A stretch of 64,000 nucleotides of DNA from Selaginella moellendorffii (taxonomy: Eukaryota > Plantae > Lycopodiophyta): positions 427,517 through 491,516 of the forward strand of contig NW_003314370.1 of the NCBI RefSeq assembly GCF_000143415.4, written 5' to 3'. The translations under genes and the position numbers were made by a program. Positions within the stretch are counted from its first letter, which is position 1, and every line of letters begins with the position of its first letter. The notes under the pieces were generated by a model. That model worked only from the letters and a program-made list of their open reading frames with translations. It did not search any database and was not told where the DNA came from. Below, piece after piece: positions 22,837 to 37,494 of this stretch.

Positions 22837-25800
22837 TCACTCCTCATACGTCCCCCGCTCAAACTCTAACTCACTTGTCAAGCCGCAGTTTACAACTCTC
22901 TCGCTGGAACCGCCATTGATCTTGCTAGCAGCAGCAGCAGTATGAAGATCATCACCGCTTTCTTCCAAGCTCGCATTGATGTTGATCAAGTTCTTGGCCA
23001 CCACCAAGTTGTCGTGCTTGTTTTGCTCTTCGTCCGTATCACTGCTCGACGCTTGCTGCTGGAACTCTTCCTCCTCGCTCTCCTCTTCCTCGTCACTCAG
23101 CTCCTCCTCCTCTTCCAACATCAATCCATCCTCTTCCTCCATCTCCAGCTCTTCCAGATGATGGAGGCTTCCATGGCCTGGCTGCTCGAGCTCCTCGAAA
23201 GAATCCTGTCCTTCCCAGTTCATCTGCGAGCTATCGTCACTCTCGCCGCTAGCTTTCATTGCCAGCCTCTTGTCTTCGTCTTCATCATCTTCTTCTTCCT
23301 CTTCTAGTAGAACGGCGGCGCTCTCTTGCCGAGCGCTCCAAGATGGATGAGCTCCAAAGTCACCACCACTCCTCTCGTAAAACTGTGGTGGTAGCTCCTC
23401 CTCTTGGGAATTAAACTCTGCCTCTTTGGTCTCTTTGTCTTCCTCTCCTTCTGCCGGCCTAGTACTACCAGCCTCGTATAAAACTTCGCGGGCCTCTCCT
23501 TTCGATCTTCTCATTGGAACCTGGAAGGAGAGAAACGTAAGAACAGATTCTCAACTTAAAAACACGACGCGTAGAACGAAAGTAAAAATCTCAGGAAAAA
23601 GTAAGCAAAAGAACACGCGAAATGGATGGATGGCTTACTCTTCGTTGCCTGTCCATGAGCTGCTGCTTTTGTTCTTCGGTGTAGGCGATCGAAGAGTCAA
23701 AGACCATCAGTCGAAGAGCAACAGCAGCGGAGGTCTGCGGGATCCAGGGGGGATTTTTTCTCTGAATGCCGATGAGTCTGCCAACTTGCTCGATCGACTC
23801 GTACGAGGAAGAGATCCAGTCCTCATCGATTGCTCCCTCCAGATCCATGAATGCCTGCAAAGAAAAACAAGAAAAAGAGATAAAGAAAGATAGCACCAAG
23901 CTCCAGAACTTTTAACTCTACCTGGAGAATTTCTCCTGCCGAAGAAGCAGCCTTGAGCCTTTGACACCACGCCTTTCTGTAAGAATTCGTCGACCATGCA
24001 GGCTTAAGTGCCTCGCAAGGAATACAAATCTAGGGAAGAAGGAAACGTTTCAAGACAATGCAATAGAAGAAACGAAAGTTACCTCGACTAGAAACAACAG
24101 TTTCTTGAGCAACTGTATTCGCGGAGGAAGAACACCACCTTGGATTCTCCAGGCGGGATCCCTGCTGATCATCTTTTGCTCGCAGTCGCGGACGTGCTGC
24201 GAGAAATCACTCCAGACTTCTTCCTCGCCGGTGGAGTGGCAAAACGGGCAGTGCTTGTCGACGGCCCAGCGCAAGTCATGGCACGACTCACACTCGGTGA
24301 TCATCCCATCGTTCTCGCTCTCTCGTCGCTTCTCGCCACCTCTTTGCAGCGCCTTGACGCTGCAGTGCCTCCACAGCCACCTTTCCATGTCTTTGTATCG
24401 TTCCATGGCGCCGGAGTTCTCCGACGCTGATCTTCCGAGCTCGACTTTGAGCGATCCTACCCGAGCGTCGGAGCTCGTCGAGTCTTTGCCGCCATTTCCA
24501 ACCACGGCGCTGGAAGATGGACTCCCCTCGCAAGAGTCGTTTCCATTTCCATTTCTACTCCCAGCTCCAGCTTGAACTCCAGCTCCATTTCCATTTCCGG
24601 TGTGGTGACTTTGGTGGTGGTCTTGGTGCTGCTTGGTGCTAGAGCTGCTCATTGCTTGCCTTAGCGAGCCTTCAAGCTCCTTGAGAGCTACAAAGAGATT
24701 TGCTTCTCTCGTGCCTCTTATGTCCAGAGAGTTCATCAGCGCGTTCAAAGCCTGCCGGAATGGACACAAACTTTGTTTAGTGAGTGACCAACAAGAGAAG
24801 AGAAAAGAAAACTCTTGCACGTAAGAAACGAAAACCATCCATGAAAACTGGGAGAACAAACATTCCTCCATGCAACTCAAAAAGATGAAGGATACTACAC
24901 TCACCTCTTCGGTGTCGATGACTTCCCAGTGGCCATCTTCATGCGATTCAAAGTAGATCCTTCTACACCCGGGGTCGTGTCCGCTACTACTAGTGACGAA
25001 CTGCCAGTACCGGTTGTGCCTCCGGTCCAAACCCAGAGGAAGCGACCGAATAACGTAGAGTTTCTCCGCTCGCAACCTGATATCTGCTTTCATATCGGCC
25101 CGGGACCTGTCCGAGTGCTGCGAAGCACACTTTTGCTGCCTCTCGTTTGGATCTTCGCTCAAGGCTTGCGCAGGATTGGAGCTGCCATCTTCATCTCCAT
25201 CCAGCTGCTGCTCCTGAGCCTCCTGTGATCCATTCTCCAGAGCTTGCAGCAGTGGTTTCTCATCCACTTGCTGTTGTTGCAGATTCGTCTCGTCGACCTT
25301 TGCAGCCTCGGCTTTGCTGCATTCTTCTTTTAGCCGACGCTTATCGATCTGGACTTCCTCCCAGAGCTGTCTCTTGAGAGCCGACGCAGCCTCATATCGC
25401 TCCTGGAATGCAAAGTTTACATGCAAACTTTGAGTGATGAAAACAAAGAAAAAACCAAAGAAAAGAAGGAACAAGTTCTCACCTCTATGGCCGAGCGAAC
25501 AGTGCTCCCTTGGTTGACAGCATCCACGAGAGCAACCAATCCACACAGCCTCTCCTCGACGCTCAAATCCGTGTACTCGCCTTCCATGAGTCCTTGCACC
25601 CAAACTTCACCAACCTGACTCTCATCTATCTCCATGCCATCGCTGCTTTCCTGTGCCATCACTTCTACGCTCTCCACATTCATATCTAAGCTACTGTGAA
25701 GCCGCTCCGGCTCGGCCTTTACACACTCCTCCTTCTGCCCGCTTTCTACCGCTGGAGCGTCCGAGCTTGGCGTTAGCTTCCCAACTTTGAGCCGCAGTAT

Positions 25801-28800
25801 CACTTTTCCACTACTCGAAGGACTATTGTCGTTGGTGGTGGTGGTGGTAACGGTGGTTTCGATCGTGCTAATGGTCGTGGTGGCAGTCTCGTTTTTAACT
25901 TCTCGTTCTTCGGTCTCTTCGATATCTTGCTCGTCACACTCTTCCTCTTCCTCCCTTTCCTCGGCCTCTTCGATGATATCCTCCTCGAGAGGCTCCGGCT
26001 CGGCGTCCGAGAGCCGGCTCTCGCACTGGCGAATCTTCTCGCGAGCGGCCTGGAGCACGGCCTCGGCTTCCTCCGGGCTTTTTCTAAACACGAGGCGCAC
26101 GCAGTACGTGGAGGGTGCTACGCGCTCGAAGAGTTTTGTGTCTCGGGAGAGGACAGCCGAGATCGATGCCTCTGGCGTCTTACTCGTCGATAAGTCGCGT
26201 AGGCCAGCTTTCTGGAAAAAAAATGGAAAGTCAGTTTTGTTCCGAGTGATGTATACTTTTACCTGGACACGATCGACCACTTCCAAGATAGTGAGGCCTT
26301 TGCTCCCTTCGACCGAGAGAACTTGGAACGCAGCGAATTTCACTGTGCCTGGAGTGAGAACAGGCTTATGTTGCTGCTGCTGCTTTCGAACACGGCTGGA
26401 GTTTCTTCCTCGCATTTGAGTGACAGCATTGGCAGCTGCGGCACCGGAACGTAAGTTGGCAACTGCGTCCTCGGCATTTTTTCCCTGAGCAAGGAAACAC
26501 GTAAGAACAAGAAAGACTTTAGAGCTGGAAAAATGAGTAACTTACTTCCGCTACTGGTGTGCTAGGAGCTGTCTCGGTAATTTTCTTCTTCCATCTGGGA
26601 CCATAGCCGGAGGCTAGAGCAAACTGCCTTAAAATCTCTGGCCAAGTTAGAGCATTTACGTGCTGTCCCCACTCTTGGATATCAAAGCCCCATGCATACG
26701 CCTGGAAACCAAGGATGAGGAGTTTTTTCTCAAGAAAGGAAGAAAAAACAATACTGCTTCGACAAGTTCCGGATGTCCTCCCGATGCGACTGCCAGTGCT
26801 TGGTTACTTCCAATCGCAGCTGCCTGTGACGCGTCTTTGACGTCTTTCACCAGAGTTTTCAGCAAAGCAATGTGTATTTCTCCCAAGAGTCTCGAATCCT
26901 TGAAGAAAAAAAGAAGTAGAGTTAGGAGCGAAAGAGAAACATCACACTTACATAGTCATGTAGCGCCTGTACAAACTCATCCAGAGTGAATGGCCACAGA
27001 CCAATCACGTCTGCGAAGTTAGTGAGCATTCTCCACACCTGAGAGGACGTTTTGTATGACACAAAGGATAACTAGAAAACCACGAGTATACCATGAAGAG
27101 GTTAGCAACGTTGTGATTTGAGTCATTCCAGGGAGGAACTCCAATAGGTGGTTTCATGCGGACAGAAGCAGGAGGAAACATCGGCAATTCAACTGTTTTC
27201 AGCAAGAAAAACGAGTAAAAAGAAACGTGTAAGACTTTTCGCCGGAGTGTCATTTTCTTACTCTTGTTTGGATCGAATTCAGAGCCGGAGATAAGTCCTT
27301 GCACAAAAGCTCCCATTTGCATCAGCTCCAGCTGCTCGTCATCGATAAGCCCCGTTGAAAGTTTGGCAAGTTTTTTCGCTGTGGCTCGCTCGTAAGCAGC
27401 CCTCAGCTTGGTGGCCTCTTTCTCTCGTCTCATCTCTTCCTTTTGACGAAGCTTTGCAACCTGTGTAACACAAAAGTCCAGGAGTGAACTTGAAAACGAA
27501 AAACCAAACACTTACTCGCTGGTTTTCTTTCTGCAATAGCTTTTCCATGCGCTCATACTCTTTCTTGTGCTGCCTCTGGAGGCGCTCCTCTTCGCGAGCT
27601 TTCTCCCGAGCCAGCCTTTCAAGCTCCTTTTGCTTCTCCCTGTGAACTTTCTCCGACTCTTTCCTCTCTTGATCCTCTTTCTGCTAAGAAATATACAAAA
27701 GCACGAACTCACTCAGTAAAATCCATCACGGCCCAAAGAAACAAAACCAAACCTTTCTCCGCATTGCCTCCTGCCTCTCCATTTCCTTTTTCATCCGCTT
27801 ATCCTGTGCTTCGTGCTCTTTCGCGATTCGAGCTTCCTCGGCCTGATAGAGAAAGGATTTAGCAGAGAAAGGACCAAATCCAAGTTTTTCTTACTTTGCG
27901 TTTCCTCTCGAGACGGGCTTGCTCCTGCTCGTGCAGCATTATCAATCTCTCGGTACCAGCGATGGCTTTCTCGCTCATTGGCGGACGAACTGGTGGCAAA
28001 AGTTGAACCTCGGGTGGTGGAAATGGCATACCGGTTCGTGGCAAAAAGTCCGCTGGAAATCTCATGTCGCTCGGCGGCGGAAAGCCAAGTCCAAGCGTAG
28101 GAGCTTGCCGGCTCTCGGTGCAAAAGCCATTTCCAAAAGTCTCCACTCCAGCGGGTGGCAAGAACGAAAGTGGAGAGATTCGTGTGCTAAGTTCGAGAGA
28201 TTGCTGCTGTGGTTGCTGCTGCTGCTGCTGCTTGGAGCTGGATCGATCGTAAAAGTGAGCGCCAGTTCCAGTCGGATGCTCGGGTATGAACTGGTGCTCG
28301 TGAGGAACTCTTGGAGACTGCGGCACAGTCGCGAGCGGAAGAAACGGCGACGAAGAGCTGTTCTTCCTCTTGCTGGACGAAGTCGCCGGGGATGGAGAAA
28401 AGTCCGAGGAGCCGAGTGCTTGCTACAAAAACAAAGTTTTGAATCAGTCAGTATGCTTAGAACTATCCACTCACTCTTCCAAGTTTTGGTTCGTGACGAG
28501 CGTGAGCTTTGCTCTCGCTGTTGTAAACTCCCTCCGGAGTAGCGAACTGGCTTCTCGGATACTGACTTCCGTGCTCTAGGAGAGAAAGATAAGCAACTAA
28601 AGCAAAGAGATCGATGATACGTACCGATTGGAGTATCGAAAGCACCGGGTGGAAGAGGATCAAACTCGTAGCCAAGAATGGGACCATCTTCTCTCATCGG
28701 CTCGCCGAGCTGCTCCTCCACCAGCCTGATGGCCGCCACCTCGGGACTCACACTCAACCGGCAATCCAGAGGACTTACGTTGTGGAGTCCCAGCCTCCGG

Positions 28801-29638
28801 TACGCGCTACCACGGCCACCATTCGTCTCCAAGTCCCTCTTCGCCAATTGCCTCATATGAAAAGCTCGCTCCTCGGGATGCATCATATCGAGAAAGTTGT
28901 GAGGAGCGGCGGTGGCGATCGGGAGCACTCGCATTGGCTGCTGCTGCTGCATTGGCGATCCAAAGTCGAGCGACAGGCCGGGATGGTGGTGGTGCGGCGG
29001 CGGAGGTGGCGGCGCTGGTGGTGGCGGCGGCGGAAGTAAGTGGTGGTGGTGATCAAGTTGGTATTGTGGATGGATCCTTTGCTGGTTTTTCTTGTGTCGG
29101 GTTTCTTCGGTGCTAGTCGTGGTGGTGGTGGTGGTGGTGGTGGTAGAACCTTTGCGGTCTTTTAAGCGCCGGTGGCAAAACCACATCTTTACTTGCCTGT
29201 CCGTGAGATTTAGCTGGTGCGAGAGCTCCGATCGGACAATCTCTGATGGGTACTTGTCCTCTACACAACCAAAGAAACATTTTTTTTTCCATCAGCCAGG
29301 AAAGAAGGAGAGGATCCTATCGAGCTCGAGGAAACCATAGCTAAAAAAACTCGCGGCACACCCAAACCAAATGGAACAGTGATGCTGGTTGCGGTGATAA
29401 TCTAGAATGAATGCAAACAAAGAATAAACATCCAAGCTTTTTCTTTTCTCTTTGCTCAATGCCTGCCCCGCTCCCTCCCTCGCTCGCTCGCTTTCATTCT
29501 TTTCCTCTCTTTTGTTTTGCTCTCGTTTTCTTCTTTAATCCCTGATTGAAAACAATCCTCCATACCTGCGTACACTCGCTCCAGAATCTCTAGCTGCGAT
29601 GGAGTCTTCATCTTGCGCTTTGGGTGATCGTCCCCCAT
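22837..29638 (-). CDS. RLT: Homeobox-DDT domain protein RINGLET (RLT1/RLT2-like), multi-exon
   Basis: Homeodomain PKRKMKTPSQLEILERVYA/EDKYPSE...WFCHRRLKDRK; REDGPILGYEFDPLPPGAF; DDT LGEIHIALLKTLVKD; HARE-HTH LTPGTVKFAAFQVLSVEGSKGLTILEV; WHIM motifs WVQGLMEGEYTDLSVEERL and RSLPLGLDRRHNRYWQF; acidic C-terminus. Confidence 0.95.
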
Positions 29639-29926
29639 CTCCTCCTCGCCCCCCAAAGAATCCAAACCCGAGAAATGCAGCACCCTCTTGCAGATCTAGC
29701 GCTCGCTCCTCCACCTCGCCCAAGCGACGGAAGCACAAACCAAAGGAAACCAAAGAGAAAATTAAAAAAAAATTAAAGCCCTCTTTCTTCTTTCGTCCCA
29801 CCGCTTGCTTGAGCGAGCGAACGAACGAATGCTTTTCCAGCGTCTTCTTGTTCCTTCTTTTTTTTTTTTTTTTCCTCTTTCTCTTCTCCTTCTCTTTTGT
29901 TTTGGTTTGTCTTCTAGGTAACGCAC

Positions 29927-30130
29927 ACTCTCTCTCTCTCTCTCACACACACACACAGAAAACACAGATCACAAGTGACCACCACTCCCACCCATCATCA
30001 TCGCATCACTCCATCATCACATACCATACATACCACCATAGCCACCGAGCTCTTCTTCCTCTTCCATCGTCCCCCTCCTCTCCTCGCAGGGTAAAAACAG
30101 CGGAAAAACGAGAGAGAGAGAGAGAGAGAG
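29927..30130. repeat. (CT)n/(CA)n and (GA)n microsatellites upstream of RLT
   Basis: ctctctctctc...cacacacaca at 29927-29955 and gagagagaga at 30110-30130. Confidence 0.85.
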
Positions 30131-31219
30131 GAGAAAAAACCACTTTTTTTCCTACTTCCCCCTCGAGGCCTTCGATCCGAGAGGAAAAAAAATGCTAGTA
30201 AAAGGTAGTAAAAAGGGAGAGAGATTGAATGGGCATGGCGATGCTTATGATGGTGTGTTTGATGTGGATGATGATGTGGATGATGTGTGAGCTGCGGCAT
30301 TTGTTTCTGATGAATGCGGGGGACGCACAATTTCTTCCGGATTATACGCGCAGATCTTTTCCTAAAACCTCTCTAAACCCCTGTTTTAAACAGCGCGACT
30401 GGTGGTTTACTCCCGGATTTCCTCGCGCCGCTGACACTTTCTTTCGTTCTTTTTTTCGTTTCCTTCCCGGGGATTCATACGATTGGGTACGACAACTTGC
30501 CTTTCATCCAGGAAAAAAGAGGGAAAAAAAATGGTAAAATTTGATGGATGGATGGCTTGCTTTTTTGTGGGTGTTTGTGTTGCCGCTGGCTGACATTTGG
30601 CTTGGTTTTTCCTTTCGCTCTTTTACGAATTGACAGCGAGCGCGCTGTGAAGCAACCTGCAGCAGCTCTGCTCTGGACTGTTCCTGCCTAAAAACAAGAA
30701 ATTTCTTCCTCAATTCTTTCTTTTTTATAGAGAGAAAAAAAAAGCCAAAAACAAAAAACGGAGGGATGGATGAACAACATGAACTATTTTCAGATTTGGG
30801 GGTTGTCTTGTCAGGAGCATCTATGGATCCACTAAATTCCACAGCTCAAGTCAAAAAGAATTGTAATGATATTATTATTATTATTGTTTTTATTTTGTGG
30901 GAAAAGAGAGAAAAATCTCCTGAAGGAGTTAACACACAAATGTTGACGAAAAAGTGAAAGATTGAGGAAAAATGTGATGCCCTGTGTAAATGTATAGAAG
31001 TGGTGGAGGTGGTGTTCTTCACTTCTTTCTTTCCACCTTGGGAATCACACAAGTTTTGCTTGTTCTCTCTTTGGAATTGGGATCAATCAAATCTCCTCCA
31101 CTGGCACTGGGGAGCATAAAAGATTCAAGGAAAGATGTGCCAAAAGGAAACTTCATGCATTGGTTTGACAAAGACAAAGCTGCTCTCAGACAAAACCAAC
31201 GAGAAGAAACAACACATGA

Positions 31220-31280
31220 GTTGTGAGGTGTGTTTTTGGGAACTTAATGGTTGTGAGGTGTGTTTTTGGGAACTTAATGG
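31220..31280. repeat. Perfect 30-bp tandem duplication
   Basis: gttgtgaggtgtgtttttgggaacttaatg occurs twice. Confidence 0.9.
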
Positions 31281-32674
31281 AGCAAATGAAGTTGGCAGTG
31301 TACTATCAAAATCCACAGTCCAGAAATTTTTTTTTTTTTTTGCTTCCAATATTACTGGAAAAAAAAACTAGTTTTTTAAGAGACTTTTCCTGTCACTGAT
31401 CCGCTTCCAACAACAAAAACCGCTAGACAGGCACCAAACATTTGACAACAAGGGAACATACCAAAGAAATACTTAAAAAATACGCATTTGTCCCCGTATT
31501 TAGCGACAAATCGTATCGCATGCGTATGCGTACGGAACCATAAAAACCCCACGGAAATTCATTCTTCCGCGATTCAGTCCGAGGAACGCGTCGATGGTTC
31601 GAATCTTTCGCTGGGTCGGGCTTACATTCTTTTCGTTTTCCCCGGATGGATGATACCCATCATGGCCACCGCGCATGACACATGATGCATGCCATTCAAA
31701 ATCTCCTCCAAATCTTCAACATTGATGAATGTGTGTGTCAGTGGTCAGCGGCCGCACAGCATTCTTTCCTTCCGCGAGTTTTCTAGCACACGAAACTTCA
31801 AACTCAGTCAGTAAAACTCAACCGAGAAAAACCACCTTGAGCTTCGAGTGAAATCGATCGACCGAGCTGACATTTCTTGAATCATCCCCGCGCAAGTCAC
31901 GGGAAAATAGAGAAAGGCGAGACAACCAGCCATCACCGCCAGAGCGATTTAGTGACTGGCTCTTTTTATCTCTTCTTCACGTCTCTGGGGCAGCAGCCTG
32001 CCGCGGAAAGAAGAGCAAAAGCGTGTATAGATTAGAATCTCCGTAAAAACTTTGGGACGAAGATGCAGAGCCAGATGCATCGGTACAGTACCAGAGTAGT
32101 TTTTCCCGACTTTGGCATTTTCTTTGGGCGAAGCTTGCGCAGGCGCTCGCTCAGTACGGTGTGCCATGGCCATTGCTTGCCTCCAACGCTTGTAAGTTGT
32201 CAGCCACTGGTGCGAGGAAATATATAATGCTCCCTGCTGCTGCAAGCTGCAACCCCGACTCGTATAGGTGTGAGTCAGTCAGTGGTGCCTGGCTGGCTGG
32301 CCCCTTGAACTTGCCAAACAACTCCAAATGAAAAAAAAAAATGATGAACCTGGAATGGATGGGAGCGAGCGTGCCCTTAACTTCAACTTGTTGGCACACC
32401 ACTCCACCACTCACTCCACCAGTGCGTGCATGAACACCACCGCGATTTTCCCAAAACGCTCAAAAGTAGTACGAACGAACAGCCTGAGAAATAAAGAACG
32501 CAAAAAGTCAAGTAAAGAGAGAGAAAAGGAAAAAGGGCGGATCGAAATCAAGTAGCTGCTGGCCGCTACTTACTTGCACACCTTACCTGACGAACCAACG
32601 AGCAGCGAGCGAGCGAGGTAGACGTTTAAGTTGTCAGACAAGAAGACGACGACACCACCGACGATGACTCTCTC

Positions 32675-35600
32675 TCAGGTGCGCGTTAGCCATTTCGGCC
32701 GGTAGACACTGTGCTCTCCGAATTCACGACGTCCACTGCATTGTAATTGCAAGCAGCGAAGTTAGTATCCTTTGTCTTTAGCCAGCGCCGCCACCAAAAG
32801 GAATTAAAGAGAGGAAGAAATCTACCTGTGCGTGACCTCCCATCCCGTAGGCAAATAACCCGGATGAACCGCATCCACGAACACCATACGCCACCTCTGT
32901 ATAAAATCTCTGATGCCGTCCTCGCCTTGCCCTTCCCATATCTTCTCCACAACTTTCTTCCCGTGTAACCCATGACCGAGAAGCGATATCTTGTGCGTTT
33001 TCTTCGGGTTCTTGCCTGGCTCTCCGTTTTCTACCACCGGTGACTCAACCGCAGCGTTACTGTTGTGCGCCTGCTTCTTCCGTAGTAGCTTGTCGATTTT
33101 CCTAGTTAGCCGCTTCTTTCCCCTCGGGTCAATGCCTACAAGCGCTGCAGCTTTCATGTCTGCTTCGTCTATTTGACGACCACCAAAGTAGCCACTTATA
33201 ACCTGCAAAGAAACAAAAAAAGGACGCTCGGGGCCAGCTATCGAAACAGAAAAGACAATGGAAAACATACCATCTCCAGCTCTGCTCGTCTGCTTTCTGG
33301 CATGTCTGGCCCGTGACACAGTAGTGCCATTGCTGCGTTGCGCAGCTGCAGTGGTGGAACTCCCGTCTCGCTCTCAATGACTGAGTATCCAGAGCCTTCC
33401 ACGTCTTCGGCAGCAATAATCTTTCTCGCGAACAATGGTATCCCGGACTCAAGTGCAATAACGTGCTTGTACTTCTCGGCCGCACGGTGCGCTTTCTCGT
33501 GGCAATCCACGCACAAGAGCACTATGTCGTGAGACCTGTGGCTCTTCAAATACTCTGGAAAGTGTTGTCTATAGCAGGAAGGGATGATCCTGTAACGCAG
33601 GTAATGGCTACTCTCTCCACACCCGACGCACTGGTTGGACTTGCTCTGAATGTAAAACTCGTTGTTCTCGTCTTCTGGACGTCCTTTTGGCTCGAAACAA
33701 AGACGTATAGCTGGCGGTTCTTCATTTAAGCGTTCTGCAAGACCCCGCTGTAAGTACCTGCACCCAAAAGATATAACGCACTGTCATCGTAAATAGAAAC
33801 GACTGTCGAGAGAGTTCAGGGATCAGGCCACAAACCATTCGAGCTTTCTCCGGTCGCAATAACACAGAAGACGGCCATCTCCAGCATAAATTCGGCAGTT
33901 TTCGTACACCAGGCCCTTGCAAGAAAATTTCTTTACAAACTGCGTGCGTTTGAGTTCGGAGTTGCTTCTCTTGTTGAATAAGAATCTCCTCCCTTTCTTG
34001 TCATCCCGCTGCTCACCGGAGGTGGCGTTAGCGGCTGAATCTTTGATTGCGAGGATCAATGAGCTGATATGCCTTTTGACTAGGGGAGATGGCGACGGTA
34101 ACAAGCTTGTTTTACTCGAGTCGGTTGACGTCGCCATGTCAGCTGCATGAATCGACCGATAAACCTCTTTTCCAGTTCGAGGAAGTGTTCTTGCAATAGC
34201 TACGATAGCCGCGTCTGATAATACAAAACGCAGGCTCTCATCTTCAATCCTTGCCTGCGAAACAACAAAGCGATGATCAAAACGAGAACATGAACAGATG
34301 CCAAGTAAGGACGTACCACAGCATCTCGCCACTCGCACAGCAACCTGAGTCGCCTACGCATCGATGCCTCCTGCAAAAAACTTCACTATTAGTATCTATA
34401 CAAGAGCATTTCTGGAAATGCTTAGATTCACCCGAGGCTTATCCAGATTGGATTCCTGAAACTTCGAAAATAAAGACGCAGCTGCCGACGCTGATGAAGC
34501 ATCCTTCTCGTAAAGTTGCAAGCAAATCAAGTGTGACCTTCGCGTTGCCATTTGCAGCGGGGCGTTCGCAAGGTCGGTTTCTCCTTGGAGAAGCTCGGAA
34601 TATAGCTTCCTAGCTATGTACAGCAAGAAATGCGCATCACTGCGAGCATACAGTAATATATCTTCAGGTAAAGGACGTTGACGCCAATCTGACTTCTACT
34701 ACCAAAATAATTAGTCCAGTTAATGTCTGCCAGTATTTTACGTACCTGGAAAGCTTTATTTGTCGATATGTTGCAGTAAGTTTGCAAGAGATAAGCCAGG
34801 GACCTTTGAGGCTTTCCTAAAACATCGCAAGCCTGCATTCCATCCATCAGACACATAAAAGGTTACATTGAGAGAGAAAAAAATAGTTACGCGAGCTGTG
34901 TCGAAGAGATTAACAACGTAGATGTGAAAATCCCGTTGTAGCCAGAGTATGTCGCTGTCAGCACCATGAAACACCTGTTATACACAAGGCAAAGTGTTAG
35001 TGTAAGTTTTTACCCCATAGCGCTCGAGTATGGACCTTACAAATAGAAGCATTCGCAAAGACAGGCCTTAAGGTCTCCATCTCGTCATGCAGTGCGATTG
35101 CATCTATCAAATAGTCGCGTTTGTACGTTGATATCTGGATGAGAGCCGTGAATCCAAGGAACGATCGAATGCTGTGCTGTTCGGTGTCCACAGCAAACTC
35201 ACTTTCCTCGGACAAAACCTGTGCCAAATCCTCCAAAGCTTCCTTCGTTTCGATCCAAACGAATGGTTCTTCCATCTCAGCCAATGGCTGCTCGGTTTCA
35301 AACAATGGAAGAACTGGACCCTCTAGCAGAGCTCTGATCTCATCGCCATAAGGATGCGAATCCTCCCCTGGAAATCCAGAACGAGTAAAGAAAAGAACCT
35401 CGATCGAGCTAACCTTTGCCTGGAATTTCCAAGTGAACGAACGGCAATGGAGTGTTATCAGCCAGGATTCTCTTGAATCTCTTCTGCGGCTTGATTTCCT
35501 CGTCTTCATTGTCTGTAAGAGCTAAGTTTCTTCCCTAGATCATGAAAAAATCGTTCGATTCTTACCGTCTTCTGCGACGCGCCGCCGGACTCTTCTCGCA

Positions 35601-35695
35601 ACCACGACTACAGCGACGATCCCGACAACGCAGGAGCAACAAAGAACAAGAGCCTTCGCATTTGGTGATCCAGCGCTGCACCAGAGAAGCGCCAT
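32675..35695 (-). CDS. RRP6L3: RRP6-like 3 (DEDD 3'-5' exonuclease + HRDC + C-terminal Cys/His domain), multi-exon
   Basis: Hydrophobic N-terminus; [24 protein letters not shown]; [27 protein letters not shown]; [14 protein letters not shown]; [35 protein letters not shown]; [17 protein letters not shown]; C-terminal [12 protein letters not shown]. Confidence 0.93.
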
Positions 35696-35774
35696 AGGGC
35701 AAATTCTATTCCGTGAAAAAGAAAGAACAAAATCTAGAGCGCTAGGCTAGAACCCTAAATATTTCTCTTCGTGA

Positions 35775-37494
35775 CTAGTAGGGTGGGGCGTAGCCAGGAG
35801 GAGGAGACGATCGAACGATTGGAGCTGGTGACGAGAAGACTGGCGGCGGTGCGATCGGAGCTGGCGGCGAGTACAATGGCGGAGGTGAGGATCGAGTGAT
35901 CGGTGCTGGGGAAGAGTAGAGCGGAGGAGGCGAGGATCGAGTGATTGGAGCTGGGGACGAGTAGAGTGGAGGCGGTGAGGATCGAGCGATTGGAGCTGGA
36001 GAAGAATATGGAGGAGGTGAAGAGATTGGAGCTGGGGAAGAGTACAGTGGAGGAGGGGAGGATCGAGAGATTGGAGATGGGGAAGAGTAGAGTGGCGGTG
36101 GTGAGGGAGCTGGAGAAGAGTACAATGGAGGTGGAGAAGAACGAACGATCGGAGCTGGAGAAGAGTATGGTGGCGGTGAAGGAGAGGAGTACGCTGGTGG
36201 CGGCGATGAACGAACTATTGGAGCCGGACTAGAGTAGATTGGAGGAGCGCAAGACACTGGGACTGGTGGTGCTGAGCGGATGATCGGAGCCGGGCTGGAG
36301 TAAAGTGGAGGAGGCTGATACAGTGGTGGAGGTGAGGAGCGAACGACCGGAGCTGGAGAGGAGTATGGTGGAGGTGACGAGCGAACGATCGGAGCTGGAG
36401 ACGAATATGGTGGAGGTGATGGGCGAACAACTGGAGCTGGAGAAGAATACAGTGGTGGAGGGGACGAGCGAACGATCGGAGCTGGAGAGGAATAAGGCGG
36501 TGGAGAGGCTGGAACAATTGGAGCTGGAGACGAATATGGTGGCGGAGAGGCTCGTACGATCGGAGCTGGAGAAGAGTATGGAACCGGGCTCGAGTACAGT
36601 GGAGGTGGCGAAGATCGGACCATCGGAGCTGGAGAAGAGTATGGAACCGGGCTCGAGTAGAGTGGAGGTGGTGAAGCTCGGACCATCGGAGCTGGAGAAG
36701 AGTATGGAACCGGGCTCGAGTAGAGTGGAGGTGGTGAAGCTCGGACTATCGGAGCTGGAGAAGAGAACGCTGGCGGTGGAGGAGCGGCACGGGTCACAGG
36801 CGCTGGGGACGAGTACGCTGGCGGAGTGCCGTAGTAGGCGTCACTCTTCCGTGAAGAACAGGCTGGGAGTGGTTCTTCCGGCCGGAAGCTCAGCAGTCCG
36901 GCGTAGACGACGTTTTTCTTGAGCTTCATGTCGGGTGTGAGAACTTGAGCTGGCTTTGAGACGAGATTACACTCGGAGAGCGGTGCGTTTACAAGCTTGA
37001 CCGAGCAGGAGTGGGAGTTGATCTTGGAGGTGTCGAAGGGGATCAGAAACGAGCCAGCCATGTCCGTCTCGCCCTCGGCAACGTGAATTCCACCATCGTC
37101 TCCCGTGCACTCGAGCGCAACTTTGGCACCTGGAAAGACAAAGTTCAGATAAGATCTTCGGGCCGAAGAAAGTTCTCATGATCTAAGGCGAAGAAGAGTG
37201 TTCTCGTCAGCTAAGGACATCGAAGTTTTCGAGTGGAAAAACTTTGGATCGCCAGGGACTTATCGACTTACCTTTGACGAACGCCGCATGCCTGGAGAAG
37301 CGTCCCTCCACGCATCGATCGCAGAAAACTCGACCAACAACGATCTGATTCAGCGACGACGACGAAGAAAAGGCAGTGCCACTGGCGGTCATCGCAGAGA
37401 CATAGCTCGTGAAAGACACGATGAAGAAGACGATAGCCAGCAGCATTGCGACAGGCCTCATTCTCTGCGAGAAAAAGGTTACGCTCGTCTCCAT
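35775..37494 (-). CDS. Pollen Ole e 1 domain + extensin-like Pro/Ser/Tyr repeat cell-wall protein; exons 37494-37272 and 37129-35775
   Basis: Signal-peptide-like hydrophobic stretch; VVGRVFCDRC...GAKVALEC...GETDMAGSF...CSVKLVNAPLSEC (Ole e 1); about 20 repeats of SSPPPLYSSPAP(I/V)VR. Confidence 0.9.

Noticed and set aside
30628-30660. ttgacagcgagcg...ctgtgaagc resembling miRNA scaffold or miR156-like sequence
   Set aside because: No fold-back arm and no full match to a known mature miRNA.
29640-32670. Long non-TE intergenic region with many short ORFs
   Set aside because: The ORFs are low-complexity or microsatellite-derived. No domain, RNA gene or convincing hairpin recognised. Probably RLT 5' UTR and promoter.
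35945-36922. Plus-strand Glu-rich repetitive ORFs
   Set aside because: Antisense shadows of the extensin-like repeats.
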